A stretch of DNA of 64,000 bases from an uncultured bacterium. Its GTDB lineage: Bacteria; Patescibacteriota; Minisyncoccia; Moranbacterales; UBA2206. Below are positions 50,344-60,850 of the stretch, in pieces. The notes below the pieces were generated by a model, which made no database searches, was not told the origin of the DNA, and saw only the letters and a program-made list of their open reading frames with translations. The translations under genes were made by a program, and so were the position numbers. The stretch is from the NCBI GenBank assembly GCA_903841185.1, contig CAIMIV010000070.1:2984-66983 (forward strand), given 5' to 3'. Every line of letters starts with the position of its first letter. Position 1 is the stretch's first letter.

Positions 50344-50880
50344 TTAGCACCGATCAATCGCGTGCGTGAAAGTTTTTTTCTTTTTGCATTTTTGCTTCGG
50401 GACAACGAAAGACTCATCGTCCTGCACGTATGCAATGCCATCGATCTGAGGACGTTTCACCAGCAATGCTTGGCGATCGACCTCTTCGATGATCCGGATG
50501 AATTCGGCATTGCCCGTGTCTTTGAGCAACGCAATGGTTTCTTCGTCGCTCTTTTTCGTTTCCACTCGCGGAGTGGTCATGCGCCAACCGAAGACACCGG
50601 CGCTAAGAGCAATTGACCTGGTTTCTTGCGTCAATTGGGCTTTGCGCGGACTGGCGAAAGCAAACAAAGAATTGATTTGCGCATCCCGCGTAACCACCAG
50701 CGGCTGCAACTTTTTCTCAGCCGCGGCTTTGGCTTCTGCGATTTTATCCTTTAACTCTTTTTCAATCGTGTTGATCTCATCTTGAGTGTTGCCCAAGCGA
50801 GCCAATACGCCATTTGCTTCAGCAATGGAAGCCGGAACAGCGGTCTGAGATTTCTTGATGCGAGTAATGGCTTTTGTCAT
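50344..50880 (-). CDS. Mu Gam-like host-nuclease inhibitor family protein
   Basis: Long helical N-half, then SIALSAGVFGWRMTTPRV and FIRIIEEVDRQALL; GGAGG RBS before MTKA. Confidence 0.75.
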   Translation of the reverse strand: MTKAITRIKKSQTAVPASIAEANGVLARLGNTQDEINTIEKELKDKIAEAKAAAEKKLQPLVVTRDAQINSLFAFASPRKAQLTQETRSIALSAGVFGWRMTTPRVETKKSDEETIALLKDTGNAEFIRIIEEVDRQALLVKRPQIDGIAYVQDDESFVVPKQKCKKKKTFTHAIDRC

Positions 50881-51025
50881 TTTTTTATCCTCCCGGATAG
50901 ATGGAATATTTTCCCGCACGATATGCGCGGATATCAAAGTACTATCTGCACTATAGCGCAGATAGGCCATATGTGTTAATATGTAGTCGACACTCGACAA
51001 CTAAGTAACTGTCTAATAAAAATCT

Positions 51026-51790
51026 ATGCAAAATATCAAAGACATCCTCACCAGTATCAATATCCCTCCTTCAGCGCAAGAAATCTATCTGGCTCTTTTG
51101 GCAAACGGCAAGGCTACCGCCCGCACCCTCTCCCACCGCACAGGCGTCACCCGCACCAGCGTCTATGACTACATCAAAATTCTCCGCGCCAAGGGCTTGG
51201 TAGTTGAGCGTTCCATTGAAGGCACTACCCTCTTTGAAATTGGTGATGCGCGCCAGCTCTCTATTTTGCTGGATGGCCAAGCGGAAGAACTCCACGCCCA
51301 ACAGGATTTTCTGGCAAAAAATCTCACCACCCTGATTGACAAATCGCAATCACTTCAGCCGAAAGTGCGTTTTTTCGAAGGGCAAGACGGCGTAAAGCAA
51401 CTACTCAAAGACATCCTCTGGCACGATGATACCACGCTCTATCTCTACTGGCCCTACGAAGACATGCTTGATTTTCTTGGAGAAGATTTTCTGCTGTGGT
51501 TCAGCGCGCGCAGAAAAACTCATAACATTCCGATCAAAACCATTTGGGGGCATCCTACCGGGAAAATAAAAGAATCCATCTTTGCTGACGATGGCAAAGA
51601 CGTGGAGCGTCGCTATCTCATCCAAAAAAAGGTTTCCTCCATGGGCTATATTATTTATGACAATAAGGTCGCTTTTATGAGTTCTTGCAAGGAGTCCTTT
51701 GGCTTTATCGTGGAAAGTGTGGAATTTGCCGGTCTGCAAAAAATGCAATTTGATATCCTGTGGCAGACGGCCAAGAAAACTAGCCATTAA
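51026..51790 (+). CDS. TrmB family transcriptional regulator
   Basis: IYLALL..G, RTSVYD wHTH; PKVRFFEG..G; IYDNKVAF; FDILW. Confidence 0.88.
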   Translation: MQNIKDILTSINIPPSAQEIYLALLANGKATARTLSHRTGVTRTSVYDYIKILRAKGLVVERSIEGTTLFEIGDARQLSILLDGQAEELHAQQDFLAKNLTTLIDKSQSLQPKVRFFEGQDGVKQLLKDILWHDDTTLYLYWPYEDMLDFLGEDFLLWFSARRKTHNIPIKTIWGHPTGKIKESIFADDGKDVERRYLIQKKVSSMGYIIYDNKVAFMSSCKESFGFIVESVEFAGLQKMQFDILWQTAKKTSH

Positions 51791-51889
51791 GAATTATTAA
51801 CTATTGAAAAAATAAAAAAGGCTCACCGATGTAATTTGGTGAGCCCAGCTTCGAATGAAATCCGAGTTGCATTTAGGGATTGAAAGATA

Positions 51890-52243
51890 TTATGGCTTTT
51901 CCGGGTGCATGATTACAATAGAAGTAACGGCCTCGTCCAATGCCAAAAGAGTTTCTTTTTCCTTCGCTATCTCATTAGCGTAATATTTGAGCGCCTCCGC
52001 TTTTGCCAACTCAAAACTGATTATCTCCCAATTCCGAGCTCCTTTCCCCTGATTGCCGGTAGCCAGGCTGCCTGTTATCCCAGTTTCCGTTTTGTAATCA
52101 GTGTGGGTGAAGCCAATGTTTGTTACAAAAAGCTTCAGCATCTGGCCTTGGCAAGCGGCGCTGTGAGAATACAGCGTTTTGTCCACCACATCCGCCGTCA
52201 ACAATACCCCGACACTATCATCCTGCTTATTGGACTTAGGCAT
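51890..52243 (-). CDS. Hypothetical protein
   Basis: GGAGGTG RBS, 117 aa. Confidence 0.55.
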   Translation of the reverse strand: MPKSNKQDDSVGVLLTADVVDKTLYSHSAACQGQMLKLFVTNIGFTHTDYKTETGITGSLATGNQGKGARNWEIISFELAKAEALKYYANEIAKEKETLLALDEAVTSIVIMHPEKP

Positions 52244-52515
52244 TTTTCACCTCCACATTTTAGAGATTAACTCAGGAATAGCCCTGAATAAAAAATACCC
52301 CGACTAACGCTTCAATAATCCATTAACAATTTGTGCAGCAACGTAAATAAAAAGAACTGATAGAAAATCTTAACATGCGGACTAAGTCCAGTCAAGAGAC
52401 AATAGTTGGTCGAAACACCCGGCAGGGATGACAAAAAAATAGGAGCCCCGCCAGTCAATGACTAGCGGGGCTCTTTTTACCTCCTTCTTCCTGTGTTTAG
52501 GAATTATTTTTTATT

Positions 52516-55500
52516 TTAATTTTCTTGGCACCAAGTATGGGCATTCTGAAACATCCGCAGCCAAGGAGAGGCTGCCAGATCCTCCTTCATATCCATTGGC
52601 ATCCAATGCGCTTGCCGCTTATCAAACGTTCGCTCCGGATGGGGCATCATTGCTAGATGCCGTCCGTCCGGCGTGCAGAGTCCTGTCAAACCGTCCGGCG
52701 AACCATTCGGATTGAAAGGATAGATCTCGGTCGGTTGACCCTGGTCATCCACAAAACAAATCGAAGCTAAATTTTGCTCCAAAACTTGACGTCGGACATC
52801 CTGATCAGGAAAACTGAGGAATCCCTCACCATGATCAACATGAATGCCGAACTCCAAACCTTCCATCCCCCGCAACATCATCGCTGGAGAAGGACCGATT
52901 TTAGCCGTCACCCAGCGCGACTCAAATCGTGCCGAGATATTATGGATAAAACGCGGTTGTTTAGCAGGATCAATTCCCTGCCATGGCACCCAACCCAGCA
53001 GACCAAATAATTGACAGCCATTGCAGATTCCGAGCGTGAATGTGTCAGGGCGATTCAAAAAATCCCCAAACATCCGCGCCAGCCTCTGGTTGAATTTGAT
53101 GGTTGCAGCCCAGCCCTTAGCACTCTCCGGCACATCTGCATAGGAGAAACCACCAGCGGCGGCCAGACCCCGAAAGCCGTCCAGCGTAATCTTGCCAGAC
53201 AACAGATCCGTCATGGTAACATCCCAAGGTTCGAGGCCCGCGGCATAAAAAGCGGCGGCCATTTCCCGATCGGAATTACTACCCTCGTCGCGCAAGATAG
53301 CGACTCTGAATTTACCGGTTCCGTCCAAAATAGACTGTGCAGTTGGTTGAGGATCAAAAGGCACGACATATGTCGGTCCTTTCCGAGCATACAACACAGC
53401 TTTTTCTGCTTGGGCGCAGGCAGGATTCATTTGGAGCATTTCCAACTGAAAACTCGTCTCTTCCCATAGTCCGCGCAAAACTCGCATATCTTCATCCAGC
53501 ACAACCTCATCATTATACCGCACTCGGATAACTTTTTCCGTCAGGGTTTTAGCAATGACGCTCGCCGGAACTCCGTGTTCCGCCAGTTTCTGCAAAACAA
53601 GCGCTTGTTGGTCCTCCCTAACTTCCATGACCAATCCCAGCTCCTCGCCGAAAAATTGATTCATCACCGGAGACTGACCCGAAAGTTCCACCCTCAGCCC
53701 GCAATTTCCACTGAAGGCCATTTCGAGCAAAGTAGTAATCAACCCTCCATCACTTCGATCATGACCAGCCAAGATCAAATCCTGGTCCAATAATGATTGA
53801 ATGGCGTTAAAGGCTCGCACCAACAGTGCCGGATCATCCAGATCAGCCGGTTCAGAACCAATCTGCCCTAAAACTTGAGCCAGAGCTGAACCGCCCAGAC
53901 GGTTTTTCCCTCCACCCAGATCAACGAAAATCAAAACTGAATTTCCTGGATCTTTGATATCCGGCGTGACTGATATATTGCAATCCTTCATGGATGCATA
54001 CAGCGAAATAACCAATTCCCGGGGAGATTTTACTGTCTCCCCCCCAACGCGAGTCGCCATCGAGAGACTATCCTTGCCCCCATCAACAGCGACTCCCGAG
54101 GAAATCATCGCGCCCCGCATGGCACAAGCTGCATCATACAAAGCAGCTCCTTCGCCCGGCAATTTTGGTGCCCACATCCAATTGGCTGAACATTTCACCC
54201 GATCAAGACCTTTGATTCTGGCCCAAGCCAGATTAGTAAGCGCCTCACCTACTGACATCCGAGCCCCCGCTTCGGGGTCGGAGATCAACTTGATTGGCTG
54301 TTCACCAATGGCTGTGGCTATGCCAGAAAGACTGAAATAACTCTGCGCTACCACTGCCACGTCACTAATCGGAGTCTGTAATGAACCACAACATTGTTGC
54401 TGAACAACCAAGCCGCCTACCGCGCGATCAACCTTATTGGTCAAAAAGCGCTTAGAACCGACCGAAGGCAAACGCAAAACATCATTTAGCGCTTGCCGGA
54501 TAGTTAGTCCCTCCGGCAACACCACCGGCGGCAAAATATTTTTCCGCCGGTTATCCCGAAAGGTTTTCGGAGGCATGCCACCCAATACCACATCCAACTC
54601 CAAATCCACCGGAGTTGAGCCATCTTCTTCATCCACTACTACGAAACGCAAATCCCCTGTCACTTCACCCAGCACTTCGCAATTGACCTTTTCGCGCTCG
54701 CAGATAGCCTGGAACTGCTCCAAGTTATGCGGGCTAATCAAAAAACCATTGCGTTCCTGGTATTCAGCCACATAGATTTCCAACACTGACATGGTGGGGT
54801 CGCCGACTCTGACCTTCCGGATATTAATCCGGGCACCGGCTTTCTCCACCAATTCCTTCAAAACATTCGCCGGACCACCGGCTCCTTGATCATGAATAAC
54901 ATCAATCAAAGTCTGGTCGCCCATTTCGTTGCAAGCGCGGATGACTCGATTCATCTTCTGTTCCATTTCGGCATCGCCGCGCTGGACAGCATTGAAATCA
55001 AGCTCAGCCGCGTTATCACCATGCAACATGCTGGAGGCAGCCCCGCCACCGAAACCAACTCGATAGGCTGGGCCGCCAACTTGAATAATCAGCATGCCTT
55101 TCTCCTCCTTATTCTTCTTAATGAGGTGATTATCAATTTGGCCAACACCCGCTGTGAACATGATAGGCTTTAGAAATCCCCAACGCTCTCCATCTGCAAG
55201 ACGCAAATCAAAAGACCGGGCAAATCCTTGGATCATGGGCTCGCCAAATTTATTCCCATAATCCGAAGCACCGTTACTGGCCTCAATGACAATTTTTAAT
55301 GCCGTAGCCAGATTGTCAGGGCAAGGATATTTATTCTCCCAAGGTAATGCGTACCCCGGAATATGTAAATTGCCCACACAATAACCCGTCGTCCCAGCCC
55401 CGATAAAACCGCCTTTTCCGGTGCCTTGAACATCGCGAATGCGACCTCCTGCACCAGTTTCCGCTCCAGGAAATGGAGCTACGCCAGTTGGAAAATTATG

Positions 55501-56337
55501 CGTCTCGGCAGTGAATAAGGGGTGATAAACAGCCTCTTGCAACACCAGCGCCGAAGGCTGACCAGGTGAAGCAGGCACCAACACCCAAACAGGACCACCA
55601 GCAATTGCACTGGAATTATCCTTAAAAGCAATCACACTGTCTTCCGGATGAGCCACCAGTGTAGACTGAACAACCTCCATCAAGCTTTCTGACTGAGCTA
55701 TGTCATCAATAACCTGCCCACCCCGGAAAAAACCGTGGCGCGAATGTTCACTGTTGGCGTTGTTCAGATCCATAATTTCCACGATAGTGGGATTACGCTT
55801 ATGTCTTGTGACAAAATAATCATAATAGAAGTTGCGATCCCCTTCGTCCATGGAAATGCCGGGAACATCCAACAAGGCATTTGGTCCTTTTTCCATCATC
55901 GGAACAAGACAAACCGCTTCTGGCTTGATGCCGGTTTCAAAAGTGTCTAATGGCGCTGAATACACATATTCGGTCATTCGGTCACGGTGAGCGGCGGCAA
56001 AAGCAGCCACATCCTCACCTTCTGGCACCATATAGCGTCGCGAACGTTCCACTCGAGTGATAACTTCTTCCAGGCCAATTGCCCGCGCAATAGAAACCAT
56101 GTTCGAAGACCAAGCAGTGGCAAAATTGAGCCGAGGCCCCACTTCAACCACCCGCTCGCCAGTCAAACATGAAGTCGTGCTGATTGTTTCCACAATGAAA
56201 CCATCCGCCAGGGTCAGTTTTAATTTTTCCATTTCATCCGCGGTGAGTTCTCTCGTAGCTTCCACATTGAAACAAAATTCAATGCCTCCCGCACCGCTTT
56301 TTTTGTACAACTGAAAAACTGCATTTTTCTTTTGCAT
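52516..56337 (-). CDS. purL: Phosphoribosylformylglycinamidine synthase (large fused form)
   Basis: NSEHSRH, ETHNFPT, HDQGAGG, GGKDSLSM, GICNGCQ, MMPHPER. Confidence 0.96.
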   Translation of the reverse strand: MQKKNAVFQLYKKSGAGGIEFCFNVEATRELTADEMEKLKLTLADGFIVETISTTSCLTGERVVEVGPRLNFATAWSSNMVSIARAIGLEEVITRVERSRRYMVPEGEDVAAFAAAHRDRMTEYVYSAPLDTFETGIKPEAVCLVPMMEKGPNALLDVPGISMDEGDRNFYYDYFVTRHKRNPTIVEIMDLNNANSEHSRHGFFRGGQVIDDIAQSESLMEVVQSTLVAHPEDSVIAFKDNSSAIAGGPVWVLVPASPGQPSALVLQEAVYHPLFTAETHNFPTGVAPFPGAETGAGGRIRDVQGTGKGGFIGAGTTGYCVGNLHIPGYALPWENKYPCPDNLATALKIVIEASNGASDYGNKFGEPMIQGFARSFDLRLADGERWGFLKPIMFTAGVGQIDNHLIKKNKEEKGMLIIQVGGPAYRVGFGGGAASSMLHGDNAAELDFNAVQRGDAEMEQKMNRVIRACNEMGDQTLIDVIHDQGAGGPANVLKELVEKAGARINIRKVRVGDPTMSVLEIYVAEYQERNGFLISPHNLEQFQAICEREKVNCEVLGEVTGDLRFVVVDEEDGSTPVDLELDVVLGGMPPKTFRDNRRKNILPPVVLPEGLTIRQALNDVLRLPSVGSKRFLTNKVDRAVGGLVVQQQCCGSLQTPISDVAVVAQSYFSLSGIATAIGEQPIKLISDPEAGARMSVGEALTNLAWARIKGLDRVKCSANWMWAPKLPGEGAALYDAACAMRGAMISSGVAVDGGKDSLSMATRVGGETVKSPRELVISLYASMKDCNISVTPDIKDPGNSVLIFVDLGGGKNRLGGSALAQVLGQIGSEPADLDDPALLVRAFNAIQSLLDQDLILAGHDRSDGGLITTLLEMAFSGNCGLRVELSGQSPVMNQFFGEELGLVMEVREDQQALVLQKLAEHGVPASVIAKTLTEKVIRVRYNDEVVLDEDMRVLRGLWEETSFQLEMLQMNPACAQAEKAVLYARKGPTYVVPFDPQPTAQSILDGTGKFRVAILRDEGSNSDREMAAAFYAAGLEPWDVTMTDLLSGKITLDGFRGLAAAGGFSYADVPESAKGWAATIKFNQRLARMFGDFLNRPDTFTLGICNGCQLFGLLGWVPWQGIDPAKQPRFIHNISARFESRWVTAKIGPSPAMMLRGMEGLEFGIHVDHGEGFLSFPDQDVRRQVLEQNLASICFVDDQGQPTEIYPFNPNGSPDGLTGLCTPDGRHLAMMPHPERTFDKRQAHWMPMDMKEDLAASPWLRMFQNAHTWCQEN

Positions 56338-56394
56338 CTTTCATTTCCTCCTTTGTCTGGATTTTGAAAAACAATGGGTTAATTCCCAACATCA

Positions 56395-57093
56395 TTAATT
56401 GCGTGGATACTTATCCCTTGCTTCTTTTTTTATCGTCAAAAGAAGCTCTTCTTCTTTTTCATTTAGGGCAATATTCATAGGTTTATCCACTGCTCTTGAT
56501 GAATGAGCTGAACCATAAAACATTTCCAGTCGACCATAAATCTGCACTCCGTGCTCGATTGGCAGCAACATCTCTGCATTTTCTTCTGGCGTTCGTGCAA
56601 AATCCAAATCAATCTTTCTGGCATGCGCGATTTTTCCTGCGTCATAGACCGGGTCGACAAACTGGCAAAATACTTGAATGGGCATAATGCGACCCACCTC
56701 CTGACAAAAACGCATATGCGCATAAACTCTACGCACACCATACATCCACTTTCCGCCCGGCCCAAGGTGCTGATTAAGACCAACATATTGAGCCATTACT
56801 TCTTCCGGCATATGTGGCATCCAACCAAGCTGATGAAAGAAGTCTGGCCTATATGTGTTTAATACATCCAGAATTCTTTCTGCAAAATCTGGACCCTTTT
56901 CAACTACATGAATATGTTCCTCAGGAAAATTAACATTTTTGACATTTTGTATGCCACTCACATCATGTGAATCTGCAATTATCGCCACAGTTTTTGTAGC
57001 GCCAAAAAGCACGCCTTCTGGCAATTCCTCTTTAATGACCCGCAAACATGTTGACGCTCCACCCGAAATAAGATTCACCACCGATTTCACCAT
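56395..57093 (-). CDS. purN: Divergent GAR formyltransferase
   Basis: LISGGAS, LGWM, NQH, MYG.RV, YDAG, EH; adjacent to purL. Confidence 0.7.
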   Translation of the reverse strand: MVKSVVNLISGGASTCLRVIKEELPEGVLFGATKTVAIIADSHDVSGIQNVKNVNFPEEHIHVVEKGPDFAERILDVLNTYRPDFFHQLGWMPHMPEEVMAQYVGLNQHLGPGGKWMYGVRRVYAHMRFCQEVGRIMPIQVFCQFVDPVYDAGKIAHARKIDLDFARTPEENAEMLLPIEHGVQIYGRLEMFYGSAHSSRAVDKPMNIALNEKEEELLLTIKKEARDKYPRN

Positions 57094-57382
57094 GACTTCT
57101 CTCCTCTTTCTTTAAACAACCTTTGCTAAGTTTAGACAATCTAACGATTGCCCCGTCATAAATCCTATATTTGTGTACTTTTGATTCTGTTGTCAAAGTG
57201 CATCTTGCCCATCTTAGAGCCTATTCATAGTCTCTAAGTGGGTTATTTATTGTAGCAAGAATGTTTAAAATAGCAAGTAAATTTAAAAAGGTACAAAGTA
57301 CCCGATTAGGCTTAATAAAAACAGAAAACCTACCAGTAAATTTCTTACTGGTAGGTTTTTAATTTTTGTGAGTAAAGGATGT

Positions 57383-58576
57383 CTAGAATGATGAACTCAC
57401 ATCATTATAGCCCTTGCCTGACATAATGTTTCTTACTCGCATATTACTCGCATTGGTCACCAGAACCATTGAGCGAAAATGACTTGGATGATCAAAATCT
57501 CGCAAGCGACTGATATGCAAATATGGGCCCACGATACTACCACTCTTATATCTGAAGATAGAATATGGTGGTGGTGGTGACATCAAAATGCTATCCTTAG
57601 CGTGTAGTCTTGCGCTGTTAATCTCGTAGATTCTGAGGATGTTGTCCCCTTGCGAATTTTTTGCAAACTTCACATAAGCCAGCCAATGAATCCATTCGCC
57701 AATTTTTTCACCATTGGCCAAGACAAAACCCACGGGTACATCATTGGGTTGGAAATCAGACAGAAAAAGAACTCTGGAAGGCCCACCAGGCAAATCATGA
57801 TAAGGATGAATTTGATCTTCCGTCAAAATACCGCTACTCATCAAATTCTCCATATATCCTTCCTTGCCAGTGAAAGAAGCAAATCGGAGGAAATCATCTT
57901 CAGTTCTATATAGACTTTTTGGAGAGTCGAAGATGATTCTCTTGCCTTTCTTTTCAATCATCGTCAAATCAATCGACGACAGCAATGCCCTCATTTTGCC
58001 CATGTCTCCAGTGGTATACATGGAGAAAACACCGCTACTGCAAGCAACAAAGATTGTTTGAGTCATAACATTCATGATCGCTGAAACAATTATTTTGCCC
58101 TTGCTGACGCAAGTCACTGAGACGGTCGCACCAGAAATCATAATCGGTGATATCTTATCCACCTCTTTTGCCCAAAAATTTTTGGCCTCCGAATGAGTAA
58201 TAATATCCCCCACTAAACTGAGCTCACTTTCTCCATAGGCACTCGGAAACGTTTTCAGGAATTGCCCGAATTGAGCAGATCGATCCATCGGATCGCAGAA
58301 AAACATAAGCGGCTGCTTATCGGGATCTGGATCTTCCGGCCAATTCGCCCTATTATCCTCATCCGTCTCTTCTGTTACCAATATCGCATTTGCGAAAAAA
58401 TCATTGACCGAGGCACGAATACTATTTTCAGGCACAGCATCCATTCCCAATGTGTCCTTTTTACCAACCCTTTGCTTACCCAGCACCTCCACTACTGGAG
58501 TTTGCATCAGGTCAAGCACAGCACTCATCACCGTCCGAATTGCGAAATCGCAATATATCCTATCAATACCTAACAT
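57383..58576 (-). CDS. FIG-superfamily (IMPase/FBPase-like) protein, divergent
   Basis: T..D...E, VTEE and CDPMDRS (cf. DPIDGS) motifs. Confidence 0.5.
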   Translation of the reverse strand: MLGIDRIYCDFAIRTVMSAVLDLMQTPVVEVLGKQRVGKKDTLGMDAVPENSIRASVNDFFANAILVTEETDEDNRANWPEDPDPDKQPLMFFCDPMDRSAQFGQFLKTFPSAYGESELSLVGDIITHSEAKNFWAKEVDKISPIMISGATVSVTCVSKGKIIVSAIMNVMTQTIFVACSSGVFSMYTTGDMGKMRALLSSIDLTMIEKKGKRIIFDSPKSLYRTEDDFLRFASFTGKEGYMENLMSSGILTEDQIHPYHDLPGGPSRVLFLSDFQPNDVPVGFVLANGEKIGEWIHWLAYVKFAKNSQGDNILRIYEINSARLHAKDSILMSPPPPYSIFRYKSGSIVGPYLHISRLRDFDHPSHFRSMVLVTNASNMRVRNIMSGKGYNDVSSSF

Positions 58577-58792
58577 CACCATTTCCTCCGGTTGTTTGTT
58601 TAACTGCAAGAATATGTATCTAACAATTTTTAAAAAACTATCTAACCTCCTTGCATAGAAATTAACATGAAATAAAATAAAAAGCCATGCCTGACTTAAA
58701 TGTGCACATAAAAAAAGGCACTCCCCGTTAGGAAGTGCCGGAAAAGTGGCGGTGCATACCGGATCTGAGTGTGTCAACACACGCGTATCATT

Positions 58793-59443
58793 TCAAGACA
58801 ACAGAAACCTGTTCCCTTCAACAAATTCCAGCTTGCGCCTCCTGTCATCATCCGTGCCCTGCCAGAAAAAACTGGCCGCCGCAATGCAATCCACACCCAA
58901 CTGTTTGACAGCAGGAATCGTTTGCGCATTCATTCCGCCATCTACGCCGATGAGCTGAATTTTTGGCAGACTCTTCACAGCGATAATCCTGGCCAGGGTT
59001 TGCTCGTTAAATGTTTGCTGACTGAACCCGGACTGCACTCCCATACAAAGAAAGTAATGTACATGATCTACTTTTTTAAAGCGTTCGTAGCAATTGGTTT
59101 CCGGATCAAAGGCCACGCCCAGGCGCCCGCCGGAGATTGCTGACAAAGCAGCATAGTCCTTCCAATTGGAAACTTCTTCCCCGCGGACAACTACTCGCTT
59201 GGCATTTCCTAGTGCCAGCCATTTCTCCGCTGCCCGCAAGGGATCATTAACCATCAGATGCACTTCCAGGTCAATGCCCAGCTCGCCTGCCGCTCTCCAA
59301 TCTCCCCAGCAAACATTGTTCACCGCCGGTTTTTCCATGACATCCAAATGAGCCATGTCCACATCTAATCGCTTTAGCGTGGCCACCCTTCCCCATACAT
59401 CCTTTTCCGTTTTTTCTAGAATCGCCGGTATTAATTTTGCCAT
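58793..59443 (-). CDS. rpe: Ribulose-phosphate 3-epimerase
   Basis: IPAIL, AHLDVM, EVHLMV, MGVQSGFSQQ, GVDGG. Confidence 0.85.
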   Translation of the reverse strand: MAKLIPAILEKTEKDVWGRVATLKRLDVDMAHLDVMEKPAVNNVCWGDWRAAGELGIDLEVHLMVNDPLRAAEKWLALGNAKRVVVRGEEVSNWKDYAALSAISGGRLGVAFDPETNCYERFKKVDHVHYFLCMGVQSGFSQQTFNEQTLARIIAVKSLPKIQLIGVDGGMNAQTIPAVKQLGVDCIAAASFFWQGTDDDRRRKLEFVEGNRFLLS

Positions 59444-59464
59444 GTCTCCACCCCCTGCTTAAAA

Positions 59465-60133
59465 TTAAGCTACTACCTTGCCTTTAAACTTTTTTAAGGC
59501 GTTTCTCAAGCCTTCGGGAAAAGCCCCTTTGCCACAATTAGACAAACAGCCGACTGCTATCATATGGGAATCATCTTCGGAATCTGTATTGGCGACAAAA
59601 ATAATTTCTTTTGTCACCTCATTCAGTGCCCGCACCAGATCATAACCTTTGATATCTCCTAAACCCTGATCCATCAAAACAATATCCGGATCTGCTTCCA
59701 AAATATCTTTCACAATCTGTTCAGCATCAGCCTGAGAACATGCTCCTGACCTGAAATAATAATGACTCAAAAACAAATTGGGCCAACCCATAAATGCTCT
59801 GGCTGTGTCAATCAAAGCCATCAGACTATTATCCACCACCATGACCTGCGCTGTTTTCCCTGGATCAACAGCTTGAAATTGCGGCATCAAGACCCGCTGG
59901 TTGTTCGTGAATCTCAAGAGTTCTTCCGGCAAATCCAAACCGCATTGCCGGCTGATGTATCTGAAATAATTCCCCACATCCGCCAAGGACTCAATCAGAC
60001 ATACCATTTTTTCTTGAGGAACCCTCACAAAAAGCGGGTTGTCCAAAATCTTAGCCGCGTCTTGCGCCTTCCCCAACAAACCTTGTGCGGTGAAAATATG
60101 GCTATTTTGCCCAACAAATTCGCTATATGACAT
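59465..60133 (-). CDS. Protein with C-terminal receiver-like domain
   Basis: VMVVDN...PDIVLMDQGLGDIKGYDLVRAL. Confidence 0.6.
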   Translation of the reverse strand: MSYSEFVGQNSHIFTAQGLLGKAQDAAKILDNPLFVRVPQEKMVCLIESLADVGNYFRYISRQCGLDLPEELLRFTNNQRVLMPQFQAVDPGKTAQVMVVDNSLMALIDTARAFMGWPNLFLSHYYFRSGACSQADAEQIVKDILEADPDIVLMDQGLGDIKGYDLVRALNEVTKEIIFVANTDSEDDSHMIAVGCLSNCGKGAFPEGLRNALKKFKGKVVA

Positions 60134-60322
60134 TAGCTACCTCCTCCTGTTTCTTTTTTTAAATAACTACCCTTTTCTCTTTCTTCTGCATATTCATTTA
60201 TATAGCTAACAGGTTGAAAAGTCAACCAAAAATTTCGGGTCATAGTCGCCTAAAAACAGAAAACCCACCAAGCGGAAGGTTTCCCGTTGGTGGGCATATT
60301 TTATTTCTAAGCAGTCAGTAGC

Positions 60323-60850
60323 TCATCCTATTTCAATCTTCCCCACTCGAACAAGATGCCTGCCTCCTTCGAATGGAGTTTCCAAAAATGTCTTCAGAAA
60401 CAACAAGGCTTGATCCAAACTGATCTGTCTGCCTGCCAGCACCAGCACATTGGCATCATTGTGCTTTCGCGAGAGAACAACATCTTCCACGGTGTGGCAA
60501 AGTGCCGCCCTGATTCCGGCATGCCGATTCAAAGCCATTGACATTCCGATACCACTACCACAAATAGCCACGCCCATTGCACCCTTTTCTGCGATATGGC
60601 AAGGTATGGTTTTGATTCCGGCATGTCGATTCAAAGCCATTGACATTCCAATCCCGCTACTACAAGTGGCAATGCCCATCACATTATTTTTCAAAATCCG
60701 GTCAGCCAACCTATGAGCAAAATCAGGATAATCACAGGATGCTTCAGCATAACACCCCAGGTCTATAAATAACTCCCTCCCCTTGATAATATCTGCAATA
60801 ATTCCAGTTTTCAGTCCAAAGCCTGCATGATCAGATGCTAAATAAAGCAT
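60323..60850 (-). CDS. rpiB: Ribose-5-phosphate isomerase B with internal tandem duplication
   Basis: ASDHAG, DYPD, CGSGIGMS..NR, RKHNDANVL, FEGGRH..R. Confidence 0.9.
   Translation of the reverse strand: MLYLASDHAGFGLKTGIIADIIKGRELFIDLGCYAEASCDYPDFAHRLADRILKNNVMGIATCSSGIGMSMALNRHAGIKTIPCHIAEKGAMGVAICGSGIGMSMALNRHAGIRAALCHTVEDVVLSRKHNDANVLVLAGRQISLDQALLFLKTFLETPFEGGRHLVRVGKIEIG

Noticed and set aside
19786-50880. Prophage suggested by AntA, the lipoprotein pair and Gam
   Set aside because: The genes are far apart among housekeeping genes; no integrase, terminase or structural genes
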